Of a DNA stretch of 64,000 nucleotides, positions 22,907-35,978 are shown piece by piece. The stretch spans positions 95,790,001 through 95,854,000 of the forward strand of contig NC_082718.1 of assembly GCF_030144855.1 (NCBI RefSeq), given 5' to 3'. Numbering within the stretch: the first letter of the stretch is position 1; each line of letters begins with the position of its first letter. Under the pieces are notes generated by a model that was not told the origin of the DNA, ran no database searches, and saw only the letters and a program-made list of their open reading frames with translations. The translations under genes and the position numbers were made by a program. The stretch comes from Hypanus sabinus. Lineage: Eukaryota.

Positions 22907-24594
22907 GTAAGGAAAAGGTGACAAAGCTGACTGCTTAGGAGCATTTGTGTTAGTCTTCATGAATTTGTAGATCTGTAATACTGTATCACCTAATGACCTC
23001 TACCATTCTTAAGATCACACCTCCCAGCCACCTCTAATCAGCTGCCTCAGCATATGTACTGTTCATACCTTAATTTATGCATTTGTTAGCAGTTTTTACT
23101 TGATTGTTCCAATGGCATAATTTCCACTTGGCATAATTTACTTATTATTTAATTATTTATGGTCTTTATTAATAGTTTTATGTTGCTATATTTCTACACT
23201 ATTCTTGGTTGGTGCGACTGTAACGAAACCCAATTTCCCTCGGGATCAATAAAGTATGTCTGTCTGCATCCTGGTTGCCTTCTCTTTCTAAACTTGATGT
23301 TATCCAAAATTCTGCTACTTGTACCTTAACTAGTGCAGTTGCTCTTTATCCTTCATCGCTGAATTTCCTGACCGATGCTGACCGAAAAAAAGCCATTCTT
23401 TTTCTCAAATCCGTCCATGGCTGGCACACCCTGTCTCTTTCAGACTTGATCTGTTTTTCTGTAGTTGCTCTTGCCTCTTGGTCATTCCTGAATATGATTC
23501 TTTCACCACTAGCTGTTAATCTCTCTGCTTCCTTATTTCTTTTTCTAAATTTAAGGCAATCTTTGAAACCTAACTGAGCAATATTTTGATATCTATCCAA
23601 ATAAACCTTATGTGGCCTTGTGAACTTTAGGATGTTCTGTGTTCAGCTTAGGACAACGGAGCAGAGTTAAGGCCATTGAGTCCATTCCACCACAGCTGAT
23701 TTTATTATTCCTCTCAACCCCATTCTCCTGCCTTCTCCCTGTAACCCTTGACACCCTTACTAATCGAGAATCTGTCAACCTCCACTTTAAATATACCTAA
23801 TGATTTGGCCTCAGCAGCTGTCTGCACAGTGAATTTCACTGATTCACCACCCTCTGGCAAAAGAAACTATTTGTATAAACAAGTTCCATTTAGTTATTTG
23901 TTTTTGCATGGATGAATTAAGATGGGCAGCATGGTCTTCTGGTTCTGTAAGTAAATATCTTGCGGCTCTGTGACCTGCACAAGGATAATACGCTCTCCTA
24001 ATTAACCTAAACAACTTAAGGACAGTGGTATGCTTTAGTTTAATAAGTACAAATATCAGGGCGCTTTTAAAGTAAACTGCTTGGTACTTCATGTTATGGA
24101 AGGAACAGTTGTTACTGTATCTGCTGATCCTCATAAAATTCATCACAACTGAGTATCTGAATTTATCTTGACTGCAAAATATCCCAGTGCAATTGGACAC
24201 TCTTTAGGTTGAAGCCTTTCATCCAGCATTAGTTACAGTACGTACAGACACTCTTTTCCAAGTCCTTTTTTATTTGTTTTGTGTACAAAGTTCTTGTGTG
24301 ATCTAATTTATTGTTTGATGTTATTCTCAACCCTTCTCTGATCTTCTTTTAACAGTGCAGTATGGAGTGTTCTACTTCACTGCCCACACCATTTCAGTGC
24401 CCTCTCTGCTTGGCCCACTTTTAGCTGGACTGAACAGTGCTTCGATTCTTAAAGCTTTGTTTCCTCATTTATCATAGACTAAATGAGGTGGATTGCCTTC
24501 ATGTCTGTATGTTATAAAGAGAGTTAAGGATGGATTATCTTTGTTTCTTCATTACTGATGTCTGCATTTTGGCTTGCCCTCCATGCCATTGTAG

Positions 24595-24733
24595 GACAGG
24601 CAACTGAAGATTAAAGATTTGGTTCTGTCTACACATGAGCGGGCTGTTCGAAATTGCCCTTGGATAGTTGGATTGTGGAACAGATATCTTCTGGCACAGG
24701 AAAGACACCAAGCTGAACACAAGATCATAACAG
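24595..24733 (+). CDS. SART3: SART3 exon 8: DRQLKIKDLVLSTHERAVRNCPWIVGLWNRYLLAQERHQAEHKIIT
   Basis: ag/gt boundaries, 139 nt, RAVRNCPW motif. Confidence 0.95.
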
Positions 24734-25361
24734 GTAACTTGGATACTTAGCATTCGCACATTAAAATAAATAAATAAATCAATCAATCAATCCATGATGT
24801 ACAGGTGTTGCTGGTAACCATTAAATGCTCATCTCCATTTGCCTTTGAGAAGTTGGTGGGATGCCTCTTTTTTTTTAAGCTGCTTCTCCCTGTGTGGTGA
24901 AGGTGTTCTTGCATTCTTACTGTATATGTACTTGGATCCATGATCTTTGAAGGAAGTGATATATATACAAGCCACTCTGCTGCATGTGGGGCTGGTTCAG
25001 TGGTGTGGTGGGACCTTTCACACTGTAGTCCTTGTCCTTGCACTCGATAGTGGATGTTAAAGATTTGGCGGATGCTGATGAAGAAGCTTTTACAAGTTTG
25101 CTGCATTCATTTGACAGCCCAGATGCATTGATAATGTGAATGGAGCTGTGTAGACTTTTGTCTGAGGTGATTTGGACTATTGTTGGAATTGTATTTATCC
25201 TGACAAATGGACTGTGCTCATCTGAATCCTAAATTAGAAGGTTTTGAGGATTTGGAGTAATACTGGCATTCTTTCAGCCACCAGTACTTCAGGCATCTAT
25301 CAACTTAGGGTTAGTTTTGTCAGCCATTGAAAGAAGTAGTTTTAAGAATAGTTATATTTTG

Positions 25362-26088
25362 ACTTATGGACTCCTTGCTTAATTACCTGTCTTTGAATCA
25401 AATTATACATGCAAGATATAAATTTTTTGATATTTCCTTTTTGAATTAAAATTTCTATTTCATTAGATTTCGGCAATAACATTGTTTGACCTAATTTTTC
25501 TCTTAAATAAGCCCTTAATTGAAAGTAACAAAATAAAGTGTTGTTTGATATTTTATATTTATTCTTTAATTGATCAAATGACATTAATATACCTCCTTCA
25601 AAACAATTCCCTATATATCTAATCCCATTTTGAATCCAATTATATAAAAGTTGATTGTCCATTGTGAAAGGAATAAGTCTATTTTGAATTAAAGATCTCT
25701 TTGCTAATAAAGATTTTTTTATCTCATTATCAACATTCATCTTATTCCATAAATCAATCAAATGTATCAGAAAGAATTTATAAAAATTGCACTGGCAGTA
25801 GCCAAAAAAGCTATTGCAGTTACTTGGAAATCGGATACACATTTAAGTATAGATTCTTGGAAGAAAGAAATCTATGGTTGTATTCCATTAGAAAAAATTA
25901 CTTATAATTTAAGAGATAAATATGAAACATTTTTGAAAATTTGGAGCCCTTATTTACAAAAGACAGGATTAAATATATAGATGCTCTGAAGATGAAACAA
26001 TTGGTCATTAGGGGAAAGAAATAAATATACATATTAAGGTTATTATGAATTCCATGGAGCATGTGGAGATCTTCCAACAACCAGGCAT

Positions 26089-26128
<40 letters not shown>

Positions 26129-26242
26129 TTTTTTTCTATAGGGTAGTTAGGGAGGGGTTAAGGGGAGGGGGTATGGGTTATATACATTGTTTTTTCATAC
26201 TTTGTAATCATTTAAAAATGCAATAAAAAAAGTTTAAAAAAA
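25362..26242 (+). mobile_element. L1-clade LINE insertion with an inverted 5' segment (twin priming)
   Basis: 18-bp TSD aagaatagttatattttg (25344-25361 and 26243-26260); A-rich tail; ORF2 fragments on minus (25362-~25764) and plus (~25765-25980); (TTTC)n in the 3' UTR. Confidence 0.88.
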
Positions 26243-27022
26243 AAGAATAGTTATATTTTGGTTAGAATTATATAAAGAGTAAAATATTCTTGATACTCTA
26301 AGTAAAAGAAAAATGCTGTAAATACTAAAAAGTTAAATAAAATTTTATGGAGAAAGAAACTGTACTTGTGTTACTTAGAATTAGTAAACAAGTGTTATTG
26401 ACTTTATTCAGAAGCTGGGTGGGTGGAAAGAAAATGGAAAGGAAGAGAGATTAAATGATAAAGGAGAAGATGATGTAAGACAAATGGGAATGGTAGGGAG
26501 ATAAGTAAAGAACTATAAGAAAAGACCACAGAGGTGGTGCTGTTTTAAAAATGGGATGGTGGTAATGATCTGTAATTAATTAATTCAACAACGAGTTTGC
26601 CTCACACGATTTTGTGCTGTCCTTTAAATTACTAAATAAATTGTTATTTCATCAGTAGTGGGCATGTAGGGTCCTGCTCAGCCAGAATGGAATAGATAAA
26701 AGGGAATCCTTAGTTGAGAAAAAAGAAAGACTTGACGTCTACCACTCCAGTGGTTCTGACATTATTAGAGACTGACAAACTGGGAGAATTAAACAGGCAC
26801 CTTACTGGATTGGCAGTTGTGAGGAAGTGCAGCTTATGTAACAACGGATCTTGCTGGGATGATTATTTCATACAGTTTCTGCAGAAGCTGAGACTGGTGC
26901 TTGGAAAATTGGAGGTTTGTTATGCATTTTAAAATGTATTACAGTAATCATGAAATGCTATAATGTAGAGCATCATTTCAGTGCAACTGACTACTTTTTT
27001 TTTTCAAAATTATAATTGGTAG

Positions 27023-27130
27023 ATACTTTTGAAAAGGCATTGAATGCCGGGTTCATCCAAGCGACAGACTACGTGGAGCTCTGGCAGGCATTTCTCGACT
27101 ATCTGAGGCGCAGGGTGAATTTTAGCCAAG
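27023..27130 (+). CDS. SART3: SART3 exon 9: TFEKALNAGFIQATDYVELWQAFLDYLRRRVNFSQ
   Basis: ag/gt boundaries, 108 nt. Confidence 0.95.
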
Positions 27131-27644
27131 GTATACCATAAAAGTGTGAGTTGGTGCTTTTGGCCTTGACGAAGATGGCAAAGTGTAAATTATGTTCGCA
27201 AAGTGAACTGCTGCAGAAAGTATTTTATTTCTGGAGCACAAAAATGCAGGAAGCACTTTTCTTGTGCTTCCACAGCTTCTTTTGTCCCTGTAAGATTTGT
27301 TAACTTATTTCCCTGTCAGTTGTACCTGTTTTGAGTCAAGTTCCCTGTATAAGAGGAATTGTTTGGGAATGGCAGATTTTGTTGTTCAATGAAATAGATC
27401 ATGGTAAGAGAACTCTGGGACTTGAAAGGTTGAGATATGTTGTCAAGATGGTAGAGAGAGTCAAACTAATTCAAAATTTGGGTATAAGATTTGGCTATCT
27501 GTAGGAATATCTGGGAGAAAACAATAATGTCATGGAATCAATAGAGTGATGCAAGTAAAGTGTTTGGTGATATTTTGAAGTTAAAAGTAGGCAGTGTTGT
27601 TTATCAATAAAATGAGAGGTTTAAAATTTGGCTGTGACTTTATG

Positions 27645-28422
27645 TCATTCAATGTCAATAAGACCAAGGAACTAATTGTAGACTTCAGCAGAGAGAAACC
27701 AGAGGTCCATGAGCCAGTAATCATCGAAGGATCAGAAGTGGAGAGGGTCAGTAACTTTAAATTCCTGGGTGTCACTATCTCAGAGAACCTGTCTTAGACC
27801 CATCATATAAATATTATTGCGATGAAAGCAAGATGGTGCCTATACTTTGGAGTCTGCAGAAATTTGGCATGTAAATGAAAACCTTTGCAAACTTCTATAG
27901 ATGTGAGGTGGAAGGTGTGCTGATTGCACATTACGGCCTGGTATGGGAATACCATTGCCTTTGAGTGGAAAATCCCTACAAAGGTAGTGGATTCGGCCCT
28001 TCAAACAATTAAGCACATTGGCATGAAACTTTGATGTAGAAAAGCAGCATCCATCATTAAAGATCCTCATCACCCAGACCACGCTCTTTTTCATTGCTGC
28101 CATCGGGTAGAGGGTACTGGTGCCTCAGGACTCACAGTACCAGGTTCAAGAACAGTTACTACCCCTCAACTGTCATGTTCTTGGACATAAGGGGACAGCT
28201 ACACTCGTTTAAGGACCCTGTCATATTGTTATTTCATGCTCATTATTTATTGTGATTTATTTATATCTGCATTTGCACAGTTTGTTTTATAGTTAAGTCC
28301 TGATGTCTACTGTTTAGTTACTGTCCTATAGCTTTGCTAAGTTTGCCTGCAGAAAAAGAATCTCAGGGTTGTAAGTGGTGACATGTATATACTTTGATAA
28401 TAAATTTTACTTTGAACTTTGA
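27645..28422 (+). mobile_element. Rex1/Babar-like LINE 3' fragment
   Basis: NVNKTKELIVDFS...VERVSNFKFLGVTISENLS; tail aataaattttactttgaactttga. Confidence 0.8.
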
Positions 28423-28814
28423 CTTAAAAAGACTGAGGTTATAGACAATGTGGGTCAATGTGAGAAAGCATCTATGAAGTTTGTGCTAAAGGAACGGAGA
28501 TATATATAAGGACAAAAAGAAAGTCTTTAGTTTACCTACTATTGAGGGACAGTTTAGACTTAGTCGTGATTTAATATGAGACAATGAACTGGACAGTATC
28601 CAGGCAGTTATGGGTTGAGTAGACAGGTGTTGCTAAAAAGCAGGGTGCCATCAGCATTCTGTGGAAACTGACACTCTGATTGGGTGACGTAACTCAAGCA
28701 GCAGATGAGGAAGAATGGAGAAAGAATCCTGGAGGGCTGCAGTTGTTGGTGCAGAAGAGGGAGTTGCTTGCAAGCATTTTTTCAGATTTATTCTTCAAGG
28801 TTCAAAATACAAAA

Positions 28815-29735
28815 GTACAAAGTAAATTTATTATCAATGTACATATGTAACCATATACAACATTGAGATTAGTTTTCTTGCGAGCATAATCCATAATCGG
28901 ATATTAGATTCACTGTGAGGCTGTGCCAACTTGGGCATTCAACCAGTGTGCAAATGACAACAAACTCTGCAAATACAAAAAGATATTAATAATAAATAAG
29001 TAAGCAATAAATATTTGAGAGCATGAGATGAATAGTCCTTGAAAGTGAGTCCATAGGTTATGGCACCATTTTAGTGATAGGCAAGTAAAGTTGAGTGAAG
29101 TTATCCCCTTTGGTTCAAGAGCCTGATGGTTGATGGATAATAACTGTTCCTGAACCCGGTGGTGTGAGTCCTCAGGCTCCTGTACCACTTTCCTGAAGGT
29201 AGCAGTGAGAAGCAAGCGTAATCTGAGTGATGGGGGTCCCTGATGATGGATGCTGGTTTTCTGCACCAATACTCCACGTAGATGTGCTCAGTGGTGGGGA
29301 GGGCTTTACCCGTGATGGACTGGGCGGTATCCAGTACTTTTTGTAGGATTTTCCATTCAAGGGCATTGGTATTTCCATACCAGGCTGTGATACAGCCAGT
29401 CAATACACATCTATAGAAGTTTGTCAAAATTTTAGATGTCATGTCTAATCTATGCAGACTCCTAAGGAAGCAGAGGCGACATCGTGCTTTCTTTGTAACT
29501 GCTCTTGAAGTGCTGGGTCCAGGACAGGTCCTCTAAAATCCAAACACTGAGGAACTTAAAGATGCTGACCCTCTCTACCTCTGATCCTCCTCGGTTCCTA
29601 CACCTCCAGTTTCCCTCACCTGAGCTCAGTAAATAGCTCCTTGGTCTTGTTGACATTCAGTTAAAAAGTTGTGTGGTACCACTCAGCTAGATTTTCAGTC
29701 TTTTTCCTATGTGCTGATTTATTACCACCTTTTCA
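28815..29735 (-). mobile_element. Rex1/Babar-like LINE 3' fragment, opposite orientation to 27645-28422
   Basis: ILTNFYRC..LTGCITAWYGN...LLPSGKWYRSLRTHTTGFRNSYYPSTIRLLN. Confidence 0.8.
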
Positions 29736-30470
29736 AAATTCTGATTCTTGCTATTAAAAATTGAAGAAAATAAGTGAAAGTCCATGGAGCTAAAATACAG
29801 AGAAGTACAATATTGTTAATAAATTCAAATCAAAGTCACAAACCTGTAGCTGGAGACGTGATTGAAGGATTTGATTGTTTTGGGTTGGGTGTAGAAATGC
29901 ATGGCACAGAGTATTTGACGATATTTTATGAAGGAAAGATGTGCAGTAAATAAAGAGTGAGAGTAAAAAGGAACAAGAGCTATTTATAAGAGTGATAAAA
30001 GCAACTTGCAGCGTGATCCAGATGGTACATTCCAAACAACTGAGTGTGGACTCATTTATATGATGTTCCTTTGGACTCAGATTGGAGCAGTGTTAGAGCT
30101 CTTCTGCCAAAGTGCTACAGCTATTGTTTACCAACTGTATGCATGAGAGAGAGAGAATCACATTGTACAAAATAAAAGATAAAGTGCTGTATTTGTCTTC
30201 TGACTGCTTCTGAATAACTGCATGCTATGCTTAGAGTGAATCAGTTCTCACAGCAGCATTTGAAGGGTTTGAGTGATTGAGGACTGGAATTTGAACAATT
30301 AAGCTTTTCTTTGTCAGTGAAGGCAAAGCTAACACAGCAGGACATTTGGAAGTAGTGATTACTTCTGCCAGAGAAAACCAAGCTTGTACTTTGCTGATAA
30401 AATCTCTTCACCCCTCTGGTCCTGGTGGAGGCTTATTGCCTGCTAATTTTTTGTCATTTTATTTGAATAG

Positions 30471-30548
30471 ATTCCAGTAAAGAATTGGAGGAGCTCAGAT
30501 CAGCGTATAGTCGTGGCGTGGATTACTTGAAACAGGATATAGAACAAA
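30471..30548 (+). CDS. SART3: SART3 exon 10: SSKELEELRSAYSRGVDYLKQDIEQ
   Basis: ag/gt boundaries, 78 nt. Confidence 0.94.
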
Positions 30549-31761
30549 GTATGTTTGCCCTTTATTATTTCAAAAACAAATTACTGGCTGTTTCACTGCA
30601 GCCAGATGTTATGGTGATTCATTCATCTGACCATTAAGTGATGAGAACGTTTGATTCCTGTCATTTTCACATTAATCTTGTATTTTTAGTTTGATTTTAT
30701 TTGTTGTAGATGTTGAGTTAATGGATCTATAGCTGTCTGTCAAAATTACCTTTCTAACTAGAGCCATCCCATTACCGGCCCTTCAGAGTCCACTGAATAA
30801 GTAATTGAGCACTAGTTAAGTTACATTAGAGCTCAAATTAGATAAGCTTGAAATTACTATGAATGTAAATAAAACAATGATTTCCAGTAGTATGATTTCC
30901 TCTCATACCGAAGCTTCTGTATTACATAATGATAGCCAATTTTCTCGGCCCTGGTATCAAGGCCCTGGTATCCCGAGAGGCTTTGTGTTCCCCCTATCAG
31001 GCACCTCTTTTTATACTGGTTTTGTATCGTGTAGTATTTCAATGAAACAACAGAAAGTTAGAAAGTTACTGTTTGGCGATTATTAGATCTATTTTAACTA
31101 ACCTCATGATTTCACTAACCTATACCTGTTCTTACCATTTACTGCAACAACTTTTTAAAAGCCTATTGTTGTCGCGGATTGCCCGACACTAGAAGTTCTT
31201 ATGATTCTTTGTCACACAACATTTCATCGAATGGAAATGATGATAGCTTGACGTCAGCTTGAGGATCAATTCTGAACCACATTTAATAGCTTAGATTCTT
31301 TAGCAGATAAACTTCAATTATAGAAAAGATTTGTGCTCATTTGATTTCTGACTAATAGCAGAAATAGATTTTTATAGGTCATTAACTCTTCGTAGAGTAT
31401 TCATTACAGGTGCACTTCCCGCAAATTCAGTGATTGATATTCTGCTTCACTTTTGGTAAATGTATTAATTATGTATGTCACATTTCAGCAGAATTAATTG
31501 TGGACACCCTCATCTTATCAGTTAACCAAATTGATTATTATCCATTTTGTATATTTCGGGAGATATTTGATGAGTTGCACCTTATACTTGGTCTAATAGT
31601 CCCAGTTAAGATGAGGTTGGTTGAGTTACTATTTTCATCCAGTATTTTTCCTTAGTTTGAGAAGTAATTTAATGTTTTCATTAGAGGAATTGTTTTCAGT
31701 CCTTTACATGGTATTTTCAATTGTAACATCAAAGCAGAAGTAATTTCCGGACTTCTTGCAG

Positions 31762-31820
31762 GATTCAGTGAGAGTGGAGACCCCTCATGTACAATACTAC
31801 AGAATTGGGCAAGAATTGAG
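31762..31820 (+). CDS. SART3: SART3 exon 11: FSESGDPSCTILQNWARIE
   Basis: ag/gt boundaries, 59 nt. Confidence 0.95.
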
Positions 31821-31911
31821 GTAAGGCGACAAGTGGAACTGAGGTGGGATGATTTAAGAAAGTATTCCAGATAATAAAAAAAAAATTAAGAAGCCAATGA
31901 AAGAACCTGAC

Positions 31912-32475
31912 AATACAGAAATTGAATAAAATACAGATCAAAGTATTTCATACCAGATCTTAAAGTAGTAATCTGGAATCATCATTTAAGCATCACAAGG
32001 AAAAGATAAATAAAAAGCATTCTAGGAGTTTGTCTGTAGCAGACATTGCTGCTTATATCACCGACAGACAGACAGACATACTTTATTGATCCTGAGGGAA
32101 ATTGGGAGACTTTCCATTCTTTCAAATGTTTCCAGAGAACAAAATAATGACAAACCAGAATTAATTTACAAATCATTCAGTTGACTTTGAGGAATATGTT
32201 TCTATTTAACTTCAATTACAAAGAATAAATGAAAAGTATGACCTTTATTTTTGTCCATATGTGCCCTTTAAGAGGGTGTCACAGTGATACATTGTGGTAT
32301 ACCAACTTTCTTTGGAATTCTTCATAAAGTCAGCTAAGTGATTTCTAAATTAATTCTGGTTTGTCATTATTTTGTTCTCTGGAAACATTTGAAAGAATGA
32401 AATGATGATTCCAGATTACTATTTTAAGATGTGGAATGAAATGCTTTGATCTGTATTTTATTCAATTTCTGTGTT
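31912..32475. repeat. Long imperfect inverted repeat (foldback) in SART3 intron 11
   Basis: 31912-31988 plus 32115-32196 are reverse-complementary to 32317-32475. Confidence 0.85.
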
Positions 32476-32479
32476 ATTC

Positions 32480-33267
32480 CATAAGACCATAAGATACTGG
32501 AGCAGAATTAGGCCATTTGGCCCATCAAGTCTGTACTACCATTTCATCATGGTTGATCCATTTTTCCTTTCAGCCTCAATCTCCTGCCTTCTCCCCGTAT
32601 CCTTTCATACCATGCCCAATCAAGAATCTAACAGTCTCTGCCTTAAATATACATAAAGACTTGGCTTGCACAGCTGCTTATGGTAAAGAATTCCATAGAT
32701 TCACTACTCTGGCTAAGAAATTCCTCCTCATCTCCATTCTAAACGGATGCCCCTCTATCCTGATACTGTGTCCTCTGGTCTTAGACTCTCTATCTCTCTA
32801 TCTCTACCCCCCCCCCCCCCCCCCATAGGAAACATCCTCTCTATCAAGTCTTTTCACCATTCGATAGGTTTCAATTAGGTCACCCTGTATTGTTCTGAAT
32901 TCTAGTGAATAAATCCTGGAATCGTTTTCGTGAACAACTTCGAACCCTCTCCAGTTTCAGCACATCCTTTTTAAGATAAGATGTTCAAAACTGCTCACAA
33001 TATTCCAAGTGAGGCCTCACCAGTATTGTACTCTATAAAGTTTCAACATTACAACCTTGCTTTTGTATTCAGTCCTCATGAAATGAATACGAGCATTGTG
33101 TTTGCCTTCCTTAGCACAGACCCAACCTACAAATGAACTTTTAGAGAATCCTGCACAAGGACTCCCAAGTCCCTTTGCGCCTCATTTTAAAAAAAAAAAA
33201 ATCTCTCCACTTAGAACGTAGTCAAACTTTTCATTTCTTCTATCAATGTGCATGACCATCCACCTCT
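32480..33267 (-). mobile_element. CR1 LINE 3' fragment
   Basis: cataagaccataagat..ggagcagaattaggcc tail and CR1 RT-like sequence. Confidence 0.75.
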
Positions 33268-33467
33268 NNNNNNNNNNNNNNNNNNNNNNNNNNNNNNNNN
33301 NNNNNNNNNNNNNNNNNNNNNNNNNNNNNNNNNNNNNNNNNNNNNNNNNNNNNNNNNNNNNNNNNNNNNNNNNNNNNNNNNNNNNNNNNNNNNNNNNNNN
33401 NNNNNNNNNNNNNNNNNNNNNNNNNNNNNNNNNNNNNNNNNNNNNNNNNNNNNNNNNNNNNNNNNNN
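33268..33467. other. Assembly gap (200 N)
   Basis: Run of N; the round length suggests a scaffolding spacer. Confidence 0.99.
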
Positions 33468-33634
33468 GAATCTTTCTGGATAGAACTAAGTAATTGCAAG
33501 GGTAAAAAGACACTGATGGGCATTGTATACTGACCCCCAAACAATAATAAGGATGTGGTCCATAAATTCCAACAGGAGATAGAAAATGCACGCAATATTG
33601 CAATAGTCTTGGGGGGGGGGGGGGGTTTATTACC

Positions 33635-34200
33635 CCCTCAGCCTCCTGAATGATCGAGAGTTCATCTCGTTCAAGCTCCAGCTCCTTAATGTGGATTGTC
33701 AGAAGCTGCATCTGGATGCACTTCTTGCAGTTGTAGTTGTCAGGGACACTGGATATCTCCCTGCCTTCCCACATCCTGCAAAAGGAGCATTCAGCTATCC
33801 CGTCTGGCATCTCTGCTATCCTAGGTGGGCAGATATAAAGAAGGGAAGGAAAAAAATACCTAGTCTAGAGCATTTCTTTTGCTTTCTCAGACTAAAGCCT
33901 TGAGATCATCACTCTGACTCTGTCCACTTAGATGATGGCCGTGCACTTGCCACTGCCTTCCTTTAATTTGCCCGTGTTAATCAATTGCAAACGCTGATTA
34001 GTCATTGGTCAACGCTCAGTTGTAAATTGCTGCCTAACTATGCCTTTAAAATCTCAATTGCTGTCCTGATTAAAAGGTAGCTCTCTATCATACTCCCTGC
34101 CATGGGTTATCCAACTCAGAGAAAACTGACGCAAAACTCTGCTTTTTAATCTTGAACGTGGACCTGACTGAAAGGTAGCTCTTTTTACGCACTGCCTTGT
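33635..34200 (-). mobile_element. CR1 LINE 5' region with an ORF1 zinc-finger/leucine-zipper remnant
   Basis: AECSFCRMWE...NYNCKKCIQMQLL..HIKELELERDEL..IQEAEGVI resembles CR1 ORF1; an APE-like fragment (ESFWIELSNCKGKKTLMGIVY) lies at 33468-33600 on plus. Confidence 0.65.
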
Positions 34201-34488
34201 GTTATGTAGGAATATAGAGAAATATGGTTTTCACAGTGCGCCTCTTGAGAATAAAGTTGCTTTATATACATTCCTGAGTACAGAGGGAGTGTGCCCTGCC
34301 CACGTCCAGAAATGATGACAGATGAGAAAGTCTGGCTTGCATCATGTACTGTGTTCCTGATAGGTGAACTGTGCTAAGAGTGACTTATCTCTTCTGTAGT
34401 GGAGATGGGGTTTATGGTAAGTGTTTCATCGCTGTAAGATTGAATTGTATCATGGTTATTGCTTGCCTCTCTCTGTAATTCTTTATAG

Positions 34489-34598
34489 GCAAGACTCTGC
34501 AAGAACATGCAGAAAGCCCGTGAGCTCTGGGATAGAATCATGAGCAAAGGAAATGCAAAGTATGCCAACATGTGGTTGGAGTATTTCAATTTGGAACG
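34489..34598 (+). CDS. SART3: SART3 exon 12: ARLCKNMQKARELWDRIMSKGNAKYANMWLEYFNLE
   Basis: ag/gt boundaries, 110 nt. Confidence 0.96.
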
Positions 34599-35174
34599 GT
34601 AAGAATGTTAGCCCTATCGAACAACTAATTTGTTTGATTATTTAATTTCCAACCTGTTCTGAAGGCATTGGATGAAACAGCTGTTGATGTATGCTGGCAT
34701 TGACATTCTTCCATAATTCTGTCCAGCTGTCAACCTTTCAAATGCTGTTGTATCTGTGGAAAACCAGACCTAGCAGAAAGGAGTAAGATGATCTTTGATA
34801 AAATTCTAATCTAGTAAAGGAGATTATCAGTAACCAGATAAGTTATTTGGAAATAGTAGAATTTTTTTAAAAAATGAGTGTAAAGGTCAGAATATATATA
34901 GTAATAAAAATACCTGGGCAGTCAAGATTAATGAGGTGTCTAATGAATAACAAAGTTATTTAAAATAAGATGTATTGTTAAAAATCATTCTCATCAACAG
35001 GGATAGAAAGGAATCACAATTCTGAGATCAGAAACAATGCAGTGTAACCAGTCAGTACTATTGGATCTGTGGGTTCAATCAGGAAGACTATAATTGTCAC
35101 CATTTTTATCTGTACCTGCCTATGTTTAGAAGCAATTTGATTTTTTAAAAAATCTGCATGTGATGTTCTTACAG

Positions 35175-35287
35175 AGCTCATGGTGATCCCCAGCACTGCA
35201 GGAAGGCTTTGCATCGAGCAGTACAGTGTACCACCGACTATCCTGAGCATGTCTGTGATGTGCTGCTCACCTTTGAGAGGGTAGAGG
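35175..35287 (+). CDS. SART3: SART3 exon 13: AHGDPQHCRKALHRAVQCTTDYPEHVCDVLLTFERVE
   Basis: ag/gt boundaries, 113 nt. Confidence 0.96.
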
Positions 35288-35978
35288 GTATGCAAACTTA
35301 AAATGTTAAAGCGATGGATAATGAGTACCGAGACCTTGGCAATGTCTTTTGTGACTGCAGAGAGCATATACAGCATTGCTGATAACTGGATAAAAACAAG
35401 TAAAACAAAATTATGTTCTCTGGTTTTGATATTTGTAAAGTTACTTTTCAGACAGGTACATGACATGAGGGACAGACCTCTGAAAATACTGACATTCTCC
35501 TGAGAGCTTCAGACCTAGGGACTTTTAAGTTCCCTTGGAGTCTCAGCAGATGAATACCTCCTTGAAATTCTTGATGATATTAGCACTTTAAGATTTGTTT
35601 TTCTCATTGTTGCTTCCTGGTAGTAGTGGGTCCTGAGGTATTGAGTGCAACCATATCTTGTCAGAAGGTAGTATATAAGATAATGGCTCTTTCCTCTTAA
35701 TGGATTTAAGATGGGGAAAAAAGTGATCTCAAGAATCTGTCCTATCCTATAAGAGTGGAAAGTTTTTTTGAGAAGGTTTGGATTCTTAGTTTGAAACAAA
35801 TTGATAAATCTTTATCAAAAAGGGATTGACCAAAGGGTACAAATGGAAATTGTTCTTGTGTTTTGTTTTTATTCTGGGGGAAAATATAAAATAAATGTGT
35901 GTGTATATGTAAATGTGTGTATGCATATGTGTAAGTGCATATGTACACATATGGATACACATAGTACATACATTTATA

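Noticed and set aside
33182-33810. ORFs containing X runs
   Set aside because: Artefacts of the 200-N gap joined to CR1 fragments.
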